Below, piece by piece: positions 50,301 through 62,380 of a stretch of 64,000 bases of DNA. The stretch's first letter is position 1. Each line of letters opens with the position of its first letter. The stretch is from the NCBI RefSeq assembly GCF_030028105.1, contig NC_092395.1:21978424-22042423 (forward strand), written 5' to 3'. Made by a program: the position numbers and the translations under genes. The notes beneath the pieces are model-generated. The model worked only from the letters and a program-made list of their open reading frames with translations. It was not told the origin of the DNA and did not search any database. Source of the stretch: Mobula birostris. Its lineage: Eukaryota.

Positions 50301-52754
50301 AACACTTTTTAAAAAACATATCATTTGAGTTGGATCTTCATTAACAGAAATTGCACTTACCAACTACTAAACTTACGTATCTTCTTGGCAGGTTACAAGT
50401 AGGAAACTGCTACAACAATGTACACATGGATATATCTGAAGCAGAAGATACAATATTTCCAGCATTTTTTATACATATATATTGGATTTCCAGAATCTGT
50501 GATATTTTGCTTTTGGAAATTGGTTTGGGAAAGTTCCTGTTTTACACAGACATTTGGGGTCCAGGAATGTGAGCCAACAGAGTAGGTCTTAACTCTTGGG
50601 GTAACCCAATAGGAAAATTGATTCATAGTCTTCAATAACACATTTAAGACAAAATTCATCTTATCAAACTAAGCACAAATTGGTGAAGATGTTTGTTTAA
50701 TGCAGGGGTAAAATCAATTTGAATATTGAACGCAGTTTGAGCTACAGTTAGTAAACCACTGGCATTGGTTTATTGAAGGAAGCTTGACAGTGCGATAACT
50801 ATTCTTTGCCTTCGATGTCAGCATTAAACATCATTGCTTGTAGAAAACCTACTTGGAGTAAGTTCTTAATTGTGGTCAATATCTGAATAATAATGTGAGG
50901 AAAAGAGTAGAGCAGCTTTCTGGGAGAATGTGATAACAGCTATTATAAATAATAATAGTATTTCTTCCTGAGTGCCTTTGGGCACTAATGAAGAATCATT
51001 TTGTATTTATGCAGAGCCTTCAACAATATTAAGACATTCTGATGAAGTACATTTTAAGCATAGGGACTGTTGTAATGTAGGCAGCATGGTGGGTAATGGG
51101 TGCACAGCAAGACCCCACAAAGAGTGGCAAGGCCATTTGGTACATTTTGTTTGGCAAAGTTGGTTGTGGGTGAACCAACCTCAGTCTTCAGATGAGCTCC
51201 ATGTAATTTTACATCCACATGAGAGTGCAGATAGGTTCAACACCTCTGAGAGTGCAGCTGTCTCTCAATAATACACGAGTTTGCAGCGAGATTTATTGGT
51301 ATCAGTTTATTGTTGTCACATGTGCCATGATACTTGCATACTGTTTATAGAGATCAAATCACTACACAGTGAATTTGGCTCAAATAGGGTAAAACAATAA
51401 CAATGTAGAATAAAGTGTAATATTACCAAGAAGTGCAATGCAGGTAAACGATAAAGAGCGATGCCATAGTAATTCTCTCAGACAGAGACATCAGATTTAA
51501 AAGAGTAGAACCATTATTGTATAAGTAATGACTGGATCTGGAGTGAGCAGTTTGCAATGAGTTGCCACACTTCAGCGTCATCTTGGAAGACCTTCAAACC
51601 ACCATTTGATTCTGATGTGAATACAACTCATTTTAGAGGTCTCCATACAAAATCTTCTGTCCCTTTGTTGCTGAATATGAAATGTGGGGTAACCAATCAG
51701 CTGAACTGAGAGAGGGCATTAAGTGAGACCCCAGTAGCCAACAGACATGGCGGGCCTGGAGTCAGAGCTGAAACACACAGATGGAGATTATTCCAATTTG
51801 CCATAGCAGCATGGAACCACCAACACGGCGACTTCTCTGCTGCAATCTTTGGAACATAATTTCTAAAGCAGTAGGATGAATGGTGGGGGAGGAAGTGGGG
51901 ATGGTTGCCTGGGATATCTGCTGCACTATATTTAGCCCAAACAAACCAAGAATCATTCCTGCATGCACTGAACTATTTCTAGAGAAGAAAGAACTTTAAT
52001 AAATATAGCCTCCTCCTTTCATTGTATATTGGACATCGAAGATTCAGAAAAAATGCACACTCAAATTTTAATGATTAATTAATGATGAAGGCATTATTCC
52101 ATGGGTGATTAAGTGGACTGAAGGGCTTTGTGGGCTGAATTAAAAGAAATCATTACATCTTGTAATGTGAGTTCAGAAGATAAGGACAAAATCTTAACAT
52201 GGGAACCAGTGATGTTAGGATGAATTTCTAGAATATTCCCCTATCTATGAAAGAAGGAACCACAGAGTCAATCGAAAATTTCAAAAGCTGGATAGATTTC
52301 TGTGAGGCAAGGACAAAGGACAGTGCAGGGACTGGGAATTGCCCAGCGATTCAGTAACAGCTTCTTCCCCTCTGCCATCCAATTTCTAAATGGGCATTGG
52401 ACCCTCACTATTTTTTATTTCTGTTTTTGTTTACACTATTCATTTTAACTTAACTATTTAATAGACATATATATATATACACACACACACACTTAATATA
52501 ATTCAGTTTTCCCCCTATATTGACTTTTCATGTATTTCATTGTACTGCTGCCATAAAATTAATGAATTTCATGACATATGCTGGTGATATTAAACCTGAT
52601 TCTGATTAACACAAGATCAGGCATGGTCTAGTTGAATGCCTGGATGGGCCCAAGCAGTACGAAATGGACATCCCTGTTGTTTGTTGTCATAGGATGGGAT
52701 GCTGATTATACTACTGCATAGGCAGCCTGAGGTTTGAGTGAGAGGCATACTCAA

Positions 52755-53540
52755 ATTTATTTTATTTTTAATTCGAGAAATAGTGCAAAATAGACCCTTC
52801 TGGGCCTTTGAGCTGCACCACCACCAAACCGGATTTAACCCTAGCCTAATCACAGAACAATTTACAGTGACCAACTAACCTACAGTGCAGAGGAGATTTA
52901 CAAAGTTGTTGCCTGGATTGGAGAGCATGCCTTACGGGAATAGGTTGAATGAACTTGGCCTTTTCTCCTTGGAGTATCGGAGGATGAGAGGTGGCCTGAT
53001 AGAGGTGTGTAACATAATGAAAGACATTGATCATGTGGATAGCCAGAGCCTTTTTCCCAGGGCTGAAACAGCTAACTTGAGAGGGCACAGTTTTAAGGTG
53101 CTTGGAAGAAGGTACAGAGGAGGTGTCAGGGGTAAGTTTTTCACACAGAGTGGTGGGTGCCTGGAATGCACTGCTGGCGGTGGTGGTGGAAGTAGATACA
53201 ATAGGGTCTTTTAAGAACTTCTTAGATGGGTACATGGAGCTTAGAAAAATAGTGGTCTATGTGACAGGGAAATTCTAGCCAGTTTCTAGAGTAGGTTACA
53301 CGGTTGGCACAACATTGTGGGCCGAAGGGCCTGTAATTTGCTGTAGATTTCTATGTTCTATGTTCTAACACGGTACGGCTCATGACTGTGGGAGGAAACC
53401 GGAGCACTCGGAGGAAGCTCACGCATTTGATGGGGAGGACATTCAAACTCCTTACAGAGGACACCAGGACTGAACTCCAAACTCCGATGCCCTGAGCTGT
53501 AATAGAGTTGCATTAACCACTACGCTATTATGGTGTCCCA
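52755..53540 (-). mobile_element. V-SINE split by a CR1 insertion
   Basis: 3' half at 52755-52883, 5' half at 53368-53540. Confidence 0.75.
52884..53367 (+). mobile_element. CR1 3' part inserted into a V-SINE
   Basis: [31 protein letters not shown]; (TATGTTC)n tail. Confidence 0.85.
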
Positions 53541-53871
53541 TCCCACCCTAGCAGAAATAACGTAAATATGGAATTAAAGCTAATTTTAGTTGTGTTACCA
53601 TGAGACCAGTGGGTGGTTGTAACAAACACAGCTACCGCACTAATGTCCTTCAGATTTGGAGATATGCCATCTTCCTTAGTTTTTCTTGAGTGATTCCAGA
53701 CCCACCGATGTGGCTGACTCTTAATTCCCTCCAGTTCTGGGACAATTAGGGATGGGCAATAAATACGACATTCCTAGTGACATTCACATCCCCTGAATGA
53801 ATAATTTAAAATGTAATCAATCTTCTTGTCAACATATAATTTAACAAAAATATTAACCAAGTTAAATTTAG

Positions 53872-54333
53872 TTCATCAGGGACCCCCACTACCCAGGTCA
53901 TGCTCTCTTCTCACTGCTGTCATCAGGAAGGAAGTACAGGAGCCTCAGGGCCCACACTATCAGGTTCCTGACAGTTACTATCCCTCAACCATCAGGCTCT
54001 TGAACCAAAGGGGATAACTTTGCTCAACTTCCCTTGCCCCACCATTGAATTGTTCCCACAACCTATGAACTCACTTTCAAGCACTCTTCATCTCATGTTC
54101 TCAATATTTATTGCCTATTAATTTATTATTATTATTTCTTTCTTTTTGTATTTACACTGTTAGTTGTCTTTTGTACATTGGTTGGACACCCAAGTTGGTG
54201 CAGTCTTTCATTAATTCTATTATGATTATTATTCTTTTATGGAGTTATTGAGAATGCCCGCAAGAAATTAAATCTCAATGTTGTATGTAGTGACATATAT
54301 GTACTTTGATAATAAATTTACTTTGAACTTTGA
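53872..54333 (+). mobile_element. Rex1/Babar-type 3' fragment
   Basis: Colinear with 42850-43310. Confidence 0.7.
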
Positions 54334-54849
54334 AAACTACTCATTTAAAACAGAGGTGTGAGATGATTTCCAAGATGAAGGGTTTTTGAGTAAGGCCAGG
54401 ATTCCGAGTTGTTTTCATTTAATTCACAGATTTCCTGGAAAAGCTACAGTGCCAAGATGAAATATTAATGTTTTCTGTGCAGATCCGGGCGAGTTTTTGA
54501 ATTTGGAGGCCTAATACTTTCATTTGCCTCTGTTTTGTTTTCCTAATTGAGCTTGTCACTTGTCACAGTCGAAGGAACAGAGCTCCACAGAAGCTGAGCT
54601 AAAGGATTTAACTTGCACCGTGCCAACGTACCCCAAGGGACACAGAGACTGCTCTGGTGTTTAACAAAACCTGAGCTGGCAAGAATACATCATTAATTTC
54701 CTGCATGAGCATGTTAGGAGGAGACCTCATTGGAACAGACAATCCTACGTTTAAGGACCGGACAAAAAACAGACGGGGCAATTTATTGTGTTGAGATATA
54801 GGGCGATAAAGAGATAGGGCATGGCCAGCCAATTCACACCAGTCATCAA

Positions 54850-55830
54850 CAAGTTTTTACATTAATCCTGAATTAATCCCATTTTTTTGTTCTCCCTACA
54901 TTCCCATCAGCTCTCCCAGATTTTATCATTTACCTACACCCTAGGCACAATTTATAGTGGTCAATGAACCCACTCAACTGTATGTCTCTGAGATGTGGAA
55001 GGAAACTGGGGCACACAAAAGAAGCCCAAGGGGTCACATAGAGAACTTGTAAACTCCACACAGAGATCAGCAGAGGTCAGGATTGCATCCAGGTCTATGG
55101 CACAGTGAGGCAGTGAGGCCTAGCATTCTTGAATTATAGAAGAGGAAAGCAAGAGGCCATTCAGCCCTTTGATGCTATACCAGCACCCGGTAGAGCAATC
55201 CTGACAATGCTGAAAGTTCAGAGTAAATTGACTATCAAAGTACATATATGTCATCACATATGCACTACCTTGAGATTCATTTTCTTGCAGGTTATTCATA
55301 GTAGAACAAAGAAATACAAGAGAATCATTGAAAAACTACGCTCAAACAAAGCCTGACAAACAATCAATGTTAATAAATTATTAATAAATAAGTAAATAAA
55401 TAATACTGAGAACATGAGTTGTAGAATCCTTGAAAGTTGAGTTCACAATTTGTGGAATCAGTTCACAGTTGAGGTGAGTGAAATTATCCACATTGGTTCT
55501 CCTGATCTTTCCCCATAGATATAAAAGTTATTTTCCTCTCAAGGGCCTTTCCATCAAGTTATTTATTTATTTATTGAGATGAAACGCAGAATAGGCCCTT
55601 CTGGCTCTTCGCGCCATGCTGCTCACCAATCCCCTGATTTAATCCTAGCCTAATCACAGGACAATTTATAACAACCAACTAATTTACCAACTGGCACATC
55701 TTTGGATTGTGGGAGGAGACCCACACGGCCACAGGGAGAACTAACAAACTCCTTACAGGCAGTGGTGGGAATTGAACCGGGTCACCTGTGCTAAAGTGTT
55801 GTGCTAACCATTATGCTACCATGCTGCCCC
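54850..55830 (-). mobile_element. Cluster: V-SINE (54850-55110), Rex 3' UTR (55210-55500), V-SINE (55560-55830)
   Basis: Family motifs as in the copies above. Confidence 0.65.
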
Positions 55831-56347
55831 AACCACTGGGAATGGCCAACTGACTCTGCTTCCGCCATAGCCAGAGAGTTCCCGATCACTCCCTGTCTTT
55901 CTTCACATCCTCCTCCTTTGTCCATTGGTTTAAATCTGAGTCCCCTCATCATCAAATAATGAGAAAGGCTTCCTTTTACCTACCCTAACTATTCCCTCTA
56001 TAGTGGTTTCCTGCTTTATAAAATCATCGCTCAACTTTCTTTGCCTTCAAAAGAATAACCACAGCTTCTCCAGTGTAACACTGCAGCTGTTCTTCATGTC
56101 TGAACCATTCCAGTAAGCCTTTTCCACATTTTCTCAAGTATTTCACACCCTCCTTAAAATATGGTGACCAGAATTAGATGTTAGTAAAAGAAAATACACT
56201 GCTGTTAGTATTGTAAGATACAATGCAGAATACAGTACAAGAAGTTAAGATTTTTTTTCTTTAGTTTATGTCATGGTTGTTGCACTGTAAGAAGGGTATA
56301 CCTAGAGGCATTGTTTTGGTAATTCACAATGTTGTAAAAAAAATCTT

Positions 56348-56925
56348 GAGAAGGGGGATGTAATGTACTCACTGGAATTTAGAAGATTGAGGGCGGATCT
56401 TATTGAAACGTATAAAATTCTGAAGGGGTTAGACAGGCTAGAGGCAGGAAGATTGTTCCCGATGTTGGGGAAGTCCAGAACAAGGGGTCACAGTTTAAGG
56501 ATAAAGGCAAGCCTTTTAGGACCGAGATGAGGAAAAACTTCTTCACACACAGAGTGGTGAATCTGTGGAATTCTCTGCCACAGGAAACAGTCGAGGCCAG
56601 TTCATTGGCTATATTTAAGAGGGAGTTAGATATGGCCCTTGTGGCTAAAGGGATCAGGGGGTATGGAGGGAAGGCAAGTACAGGGTTCTGAGTTGGATGA
56701 TCAGCCATGATCATACTGAATGGCGGTGCAGGCTCAAAGGGCCGAATGGCCTACTCCTGCACCTATTTTCTATGTTTCTATGTTTCTATGTATTGTGTGA
56801 GTATTCATAGCGTGAGAGTGCGTATGACATCAGGACGTAGAGAGGTAAAAATGGAAGTCTGTTGAATAGCTGAATAAACGTGGTTGTTCAATCTACGGCG
56901 GTGTCCGAGTCACATCAATATTACA
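56348..56925 (+). mobile_element. LTR (Gypsy-like) with upstream polypurine tract, interrupted by CR1
   Basis: PPT GAGAAGGGGGA at 56348-56358; LTR starts TGTAATGT at 56359 and ends ATATTACA at 56925; AATAAA near 56873. Confidence 0.6.
56368..56790 (+). mobile_element. CR1 LINE 3' end
   Basis: YSLEFRRLRADLIETYKILKGLDRL...TRGHSLRI C-terminal ORF2 motif; (TATGTTTC)n tail. Confidence 0.85.
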
Positions 56926-57175
56926 TGGTAATATAACATGGTATTAGACGTAATAGTGTTATATAACTTTTCAATATAGCTTCCCTCCTTTATCCTCTAT
57001 GACAGTATATGATTCTTATTACCCCATACAGCAGAATAAAACTCTGATAATCAACTATCTTACTGTCCCAAAGTTTCAGCATTCAGACTCGGTAATTTGG
57101 TGTGACAGCAGGGAGTGTGGCTGGAGCTAAGATGAGGAGCACCCCCTTGCACCCCCAGATCTGGAAGATGGAATA

Positions 57176-57689
57176 CAGGTGTTCCCCGCTTTACGAACGT
57201 TCACTTTACGCCACTTCGCTTTTACAAAAGACCGACATTAGTACCTGTTTTTGCTAACCGAAAGAGGATTTTAGCTTTTACGAAAAAAGATGCCCGCTTT
57301 AAACTTGTGTTTACCCTGAGAAAGACTACCACGACTGTGAAGCCTTGCGCGGGCAGGTGTGTGCGCATGCATGTACGTGCCAATTTTTTTCTACAAATCA
57401 GTTTTGGCTATATCTTCCCGATTCTGTTAAGTGAAACTACGCTGTACATAGATTATTTCTATTTTATATGGGCTGTGTAATTGTATCATTCCCGCTTTTA
57501 CTATAAGTTAGTGTTATTTTAGGTTTTATGTGCTATTTGGTATGATTTGGTAGGTTATTTTTTGGGTCTGGGAACGCTCAAAAATATTTCCCATATAAAT
57601 TAATGGTAATTGCTTCCTGGCTTTATGCCATTTCGGCTTACAAACGGTTTCATAGGAACGCTCTACCTTCAGATAGCGGGGGAAACCTG
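57176..57689. mobile_element. Tigger/pogo-like MITE
   Basis: TA TSDs at 57174-57175 and 57690-57691; TIR CAGGTGTTCCCCGCT / AGCGGGGGAAACCTG. Confidence 0.8.
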
Positions 57690-58847
57690 TAGTTTTTATC
57701 TGGATGCAGGGTATATTTCAGGGGTAATTTGGCTAAAGCTCAGCAAGTTGTGTTTCCTGCACAGATTCACTGAGAAAATTACAATGTCATTGTATAGCAT
57801 GTAGGAAAAGTGAAACAAATGAGTGGTAGGGTATATATAGGAGTAGTTTCCAGCAATCCAAAAAACCTGCTTGCCAAGCATCACCAGAGCCTTGGATTAG
57901 TGGGCTTTTCTTGCACTTCACTTACCACTTCGACTGCCCTTTCCAAGGTTTTATCCACTCAGGTCCCTTTGATCCTCCCCAGCCTTCAAAACAGCACCAT
58001 TTGTAACGTCTACTCTTGTTCTTTCTGCCAAGCTCTAACACTTCTCTGTATTAAACTTCACCTTGTTCATCTGCTCATCCATGTCTGCTTGCAGTCTATA
58101 ACTATCTTCTCCAAATTCCCAAGCCTGGTGTCATTTGGAAATCTTGAAATATTATCCCCCATACCATTTCAAAGTCATTAATTATCATATTAGATAAAAC
58201 CCAGTCACTGGCAAGGCTAGAATTTAATTGCCCCTAAACTAAGAGGCTGGTTGGACGATTTCAGAAAGCATTTAGGAGGCAACATTTTAACTAACACCAT
58301 CTTTTTATTGCAGATTTATTCTATTGAAATTCCCCTTTTGGGATTTTAACTCATACTTCTGAACCATCAGGATGAGTAGATTGATAGACCAGTGACCTAA
58401 CCACAAAGCTGTATGCCTTTAGCACTTGATCCCATTGTTTAGAATCCCTCTTCAATTACCATCTGTGTCGAGAGAATAGAGTACGGTACTTAAACTAATA
58501 GTTTGCAACTCCAACAGTATAACTCCACCCTTGGCAAAGCAGTGACCCTGGGAGCAGAAGTGAATCTGAAACACTTGCTCTATGAGCAAAGATATGATGG
58601 TGCAATTATGAGGAAATGCCTGGCCAGGACGGTCTGAAACCGTGAACATTATATAATGAAAATGAAGTTCAAAGTAAAACGACTTTGAAAAACATCTATA
58701 CTAGTGAGTCTGATTGGTTATAAATTTGTAATGCACATATTTCACGCAAAATGCACACAATTTTCCCTCAATCTGTGATGTACAGTAGAATAAGAGGTGT
58801 GACCTCACTAAGTCATAAACAATTTAAGAGGGACCGATAGGTTAGAG

Positions 58848-58915
58848 CAGAACTTCCCAACCTCAGGTCCATGGGCACCCCTTGTTTAATGGGTAGGGGT
58901 CCATGGACCCCCGGG
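58848..58915. mobile_element. hAT-type MITE fragment
   Basis: CAGAACTTCCCAACCT..GGTCCATGG..GGGGTCCATGGACCCC palindromes. Confidence 0.45.
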
Positions 58916-59009
58916 GTAGAGATTATTTCCTCAGGCTGGAGTTTAGGCACAGGAGCCATGGTCCCAGTATTGTTTCAGCCCGCTCTTGTCCCACTGAATA
59001 TTTCTTCCT

Positions 59010-59590
59010 ATCTTGATTCCATCCTTTTTCTCCAGGTCCAGTCTCTCCTCACAGACATCTGTGACACTTCAGATGCCTCCTCAGTATAACATTTTCCAAT
59101 TCCTTGCTGATGATCAGTTCACCTTCAACATGGATGTAGAAGTCCTCTATACATCAATCCAACATCAGAAGGGCCTGAGAGCCCCATACTCCTTCCTTGT
59201 ACAGAGGCCCAACTACTTCCCCTGCATTAACACACTCATTTATTTTGGCCGAACTGCCCTCAAGTTGAACAATCTCTCCTTCAACTATACGCACTCTCTC
59301 CAGATCAAAGGTTAGTTATAGGCACTTGTCGAAGCAACACCATTCTTTTAGAGGGATAGTGAAATAGCTGTTGCTTCAACCTTACTCGTGCCCTCTCCCT
59401 CTTCTCTTTATCTGCCACATTGACAATGCATGGAAGCTGCTTCCTGCACTCATATTTGACTCGCAAATTTCATCAGTTTCCACCCAACTCATACCAAATG
59501 GTCATTTTTTAACTCCTCCCTGCCTGAATCTCTCCCTCATGTCAGGGAAAAACTCAGCCACTGACTTCCAATACAAGCCCAGAGTATACT
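59010..59590 (+). pseudogene. Penelope-like reverse transcriptase remnant
   Basis: FNMDVEVLYTSIQHQKGLRA...LKLNNLSFNYTHSLQIKG and LFICHIDN resemble the PLE RT motifs DVxSLYTSIP and RYIDD; frameshifted and interrupted by stops. Confidence 0.75.
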
Positions 59591-59634
59591 TAAGGATGTG
59601 ACCAAGAGATTTTTAAATAACAAAGGTACAAAGT

Positions 59635-60122
59635 CTGTCCATCATCAAGGAACCTCCCACATTTCCCCCCCCCCAACCCCCAAGGACTTGCTCTCTTTTC
59701 GCTGCTGCCATCAGGTAGAATGTACAGGAGCCTAAGGTCCCACACCACGAGGTTCGGGAACAGTTAGTTATCCCTCAACCATCAGGCTCCTAAACCAAAG
59801 TGGATAACTTCATTCACTCCAACACAGAACTGATACCACAACCTATGGACCCACTTTCAAGGACTCTACAACTCAAGTTCTCAATATTTATCATTTATTT
59901 TTATTTCTTTTTTTTCTTCTTTGTAATTGCACAATGTGTTGTCTTTTGTACATTGCTTGTTCATCTGTCTTCGTGAGTGTGCAGATTTTCATTGATTCTG
60001 TTGTGTCTCCCTGTATTTACTGTGAATATCTATAGGAAAATGTATCTCTGTTTAGTATATGGTGACACAAATGGACTTTGATAATAAATTTGCTTTTTGA
60101 ACTTTTGAACCTTTTTTGAACT
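59635..60122 (+). mobile_element. Rex1/Babar-type 3' fragment
   Basis: LFSLLPSGR motif; (TTTTGAAC)n tail. Confidence 0.7.
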
Positions 60123-60384
60123 TTACTTCTGTCTCACTCCTACACCAACCTCAACCACACAGCATTGATCTCCTATACTCAGTCTGTGGAACATGTGCTT
60201 CTGAATCAGAAAGGATTGGGTTGAAGTTTCCTCTGTAGACCTGAGCACAAAAAATTAAGCTGCGACTCCAGAACAGCAAAGAGACAAAGCTGCCTTGCCA
60301 GGTGGTGCTGTCTTTTGAATGAGGTAATAAATTGAATTCTTACATGGGGCAAGCATGAGCAACTAGGATTCCCTGGATTTCAAG

Positions 60385-60960
60385 CCAAGTTACTAGAATA
60401 TAAAAACAAGGATGTAATGTTGAGGCTTCATAAAGCACTGGTGAGGCCTCATTTGGAGTATTGTGAGCAATTTTGGGTCTCTTATCAAAGAAAGAATGTG
60501 CAGACATTGGAGAGGATTCAAAGAAGGTTCACAATTCCGGAATTGAAAGGCTTATCATAGGAAAAGGGTTTGATGGCTCTGGACCTCACACAAATGAAGG
60601 GTGACCGAATTGAAACCTGTTGAATGTTGAACGGTCTCAATAGAGTGGATGTGGAGGGGATGGTTCCTATGGTGGGGAGTCTAAGACCAGAGGACACAGC
60701 CAGAGAATACAAGGGTGTTCTTTCAGAATGGAGATGAGGAGAAATTTCTTTAGCCAGGGAGTAATGAATCTGTGGAATACATTGCCGCGTGCAGCTGTGG
60801 AGGCCAGGTCATTGGGTTGTTAGTTGATTAGTCAGGGCATGAAGGGATACGGGGAGAAGTCGGGAGATTGAGGCTGAGAAAGAAAATAGATAAGCCATGA
60901 TGAAGAGCCAAATGGCCTAATTCTGCTCCTGTGTTTTATGGTCTTATGCTCTTATGGTTA
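60385..60960 (+). mobile_element. CR1 3' part
   Basis: KALVRPHLEYCEQFW; (TCTTATGG)n tail. Confidence 0.8.
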
Positions 60961-62019
60961 TCTGATGATATTCAGTCACATAGCTATAATAAATGAATTG
61001 TGGATTTCATACATCCACACCACCTTCTGTGGAAAAGTCACTGAGCTGAAGAATTAAATCTCAGATGTGCACTCTCTTTCTCCATAGATGCTGCCCAACT
61101 TACTGAGACTTCAGCCTTTTTTACTTTTACTCCATCTTCAAGGTGATCTTCCAGCTGAACTGAAATTTTTGAGTATGCTACAACGACTGCCTGGGAAATG
61201 GTACCATTGAACTTTTATTGAGCAGTCTAAAAACATCTAGAGGCAGGTCTAACAGTTCCAGATGCAAAATTGTATTTCAACATGACATATGGGAAATAAG
61301 AGATCAGTGTAAAACAATTGGAATATAATGTAGTTTTGGTACTGTTGTAAAACTCCAGCTGGCTCAGTGACGTCCTCCAGAAAAGAAAATCTGTTACTGC
61401 AGTTCAAAGAGTGAATAGATCACCAGACTCCTTCGTGGGATGGTTGATTTGTCATATGAGAAGACATGAAAACATATTATGTAGCTCTAGTGCTTAAGAC
61501 TTTTGCACAGTGCTGTATTTTTCAACATGGAGGGGAGAGCAAGTTTGTAAATCTGGCGGGAGCAAAGGATGCTGGCAATGGCAGAGGGTGGAGCACCACA
61601 GGAGAGATGCAGGAGAGCGGCAGAGAAGGAATGCTGGGGCTGGGGGTGGAGTGTTGTGCGGGTGCAGACACACTCAGCCCTGAGACACCAGGCAAGGTCA
61701 CTTGATTCCAAACAATTAGATTATTGATCATTACAGAATGACTCTCTGGCACTTCTCTCTCCCTTCATTCTCCCTTCCCCATTTCCCAACCATGATTCCC
61801 TTCTTCCTGCCCCCTTCCCTCTCTCAGTCCACATTCACGACTCATATCAGAAGCAGGTTTATCATTACACACATATGTCATGAAATTTTGTTTTTGTGTG
61901 ATAGTGGTATAGTGCAACGCATAAAATTACTACAGATATATGCGTGCCTAAGACTTTTACACAGTACTGTATATTGTCTTACACTGAGGAAACAAGAAGC
62001 GAGCTCATTGAAATGTTAA

Positions 62020-62380
62020 AATCCTTACAGATTTTAGACAGGGATTCTGCAAAATAGATGTTTCCTTTGGTCGGAGTGACTAGTATCAAGAGTCATGGTT
62101 TCAAAGTAAAGGGTCATTCATTCAAGACAGTGATGAGAAGCAATATCTTCACCCAGTGACAGTGAATCATTGGAATTTTCTTCTTAAGTCAGTCTTGGAG
62201 GCTCAGGTGTTGAGTAAATTCAAGAGAGCAAGATCAATAGATTTTTAGATAGTAAGGAAATCAAGGTATAAGGGGTTAGGGCAAGGAAGTGGCACTGAAA
62301 GAAAAAATCAGTCATGACCTCTTTGAATGATGGAACAGAATGGAAGGCCAAATGGCCTTCTCCATCTACATTTCCTGTTC
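62020..62380 (+). mobile_element. Degenerate CR1 3' end
   Basis: TCAGTCATGA..GAATGATGGAACAG..GAAGGCCAAATGGCCT 3'-UTR motif. Confidence 0.6.

Noticed and set aside
50280-50415. Three closely spaced minus-strand GTAAG donors with a TAGCAG acceptor
   Set aside because: The pyrimidine tract is weak and the context AT-rich; compatible with chance without transcript data.
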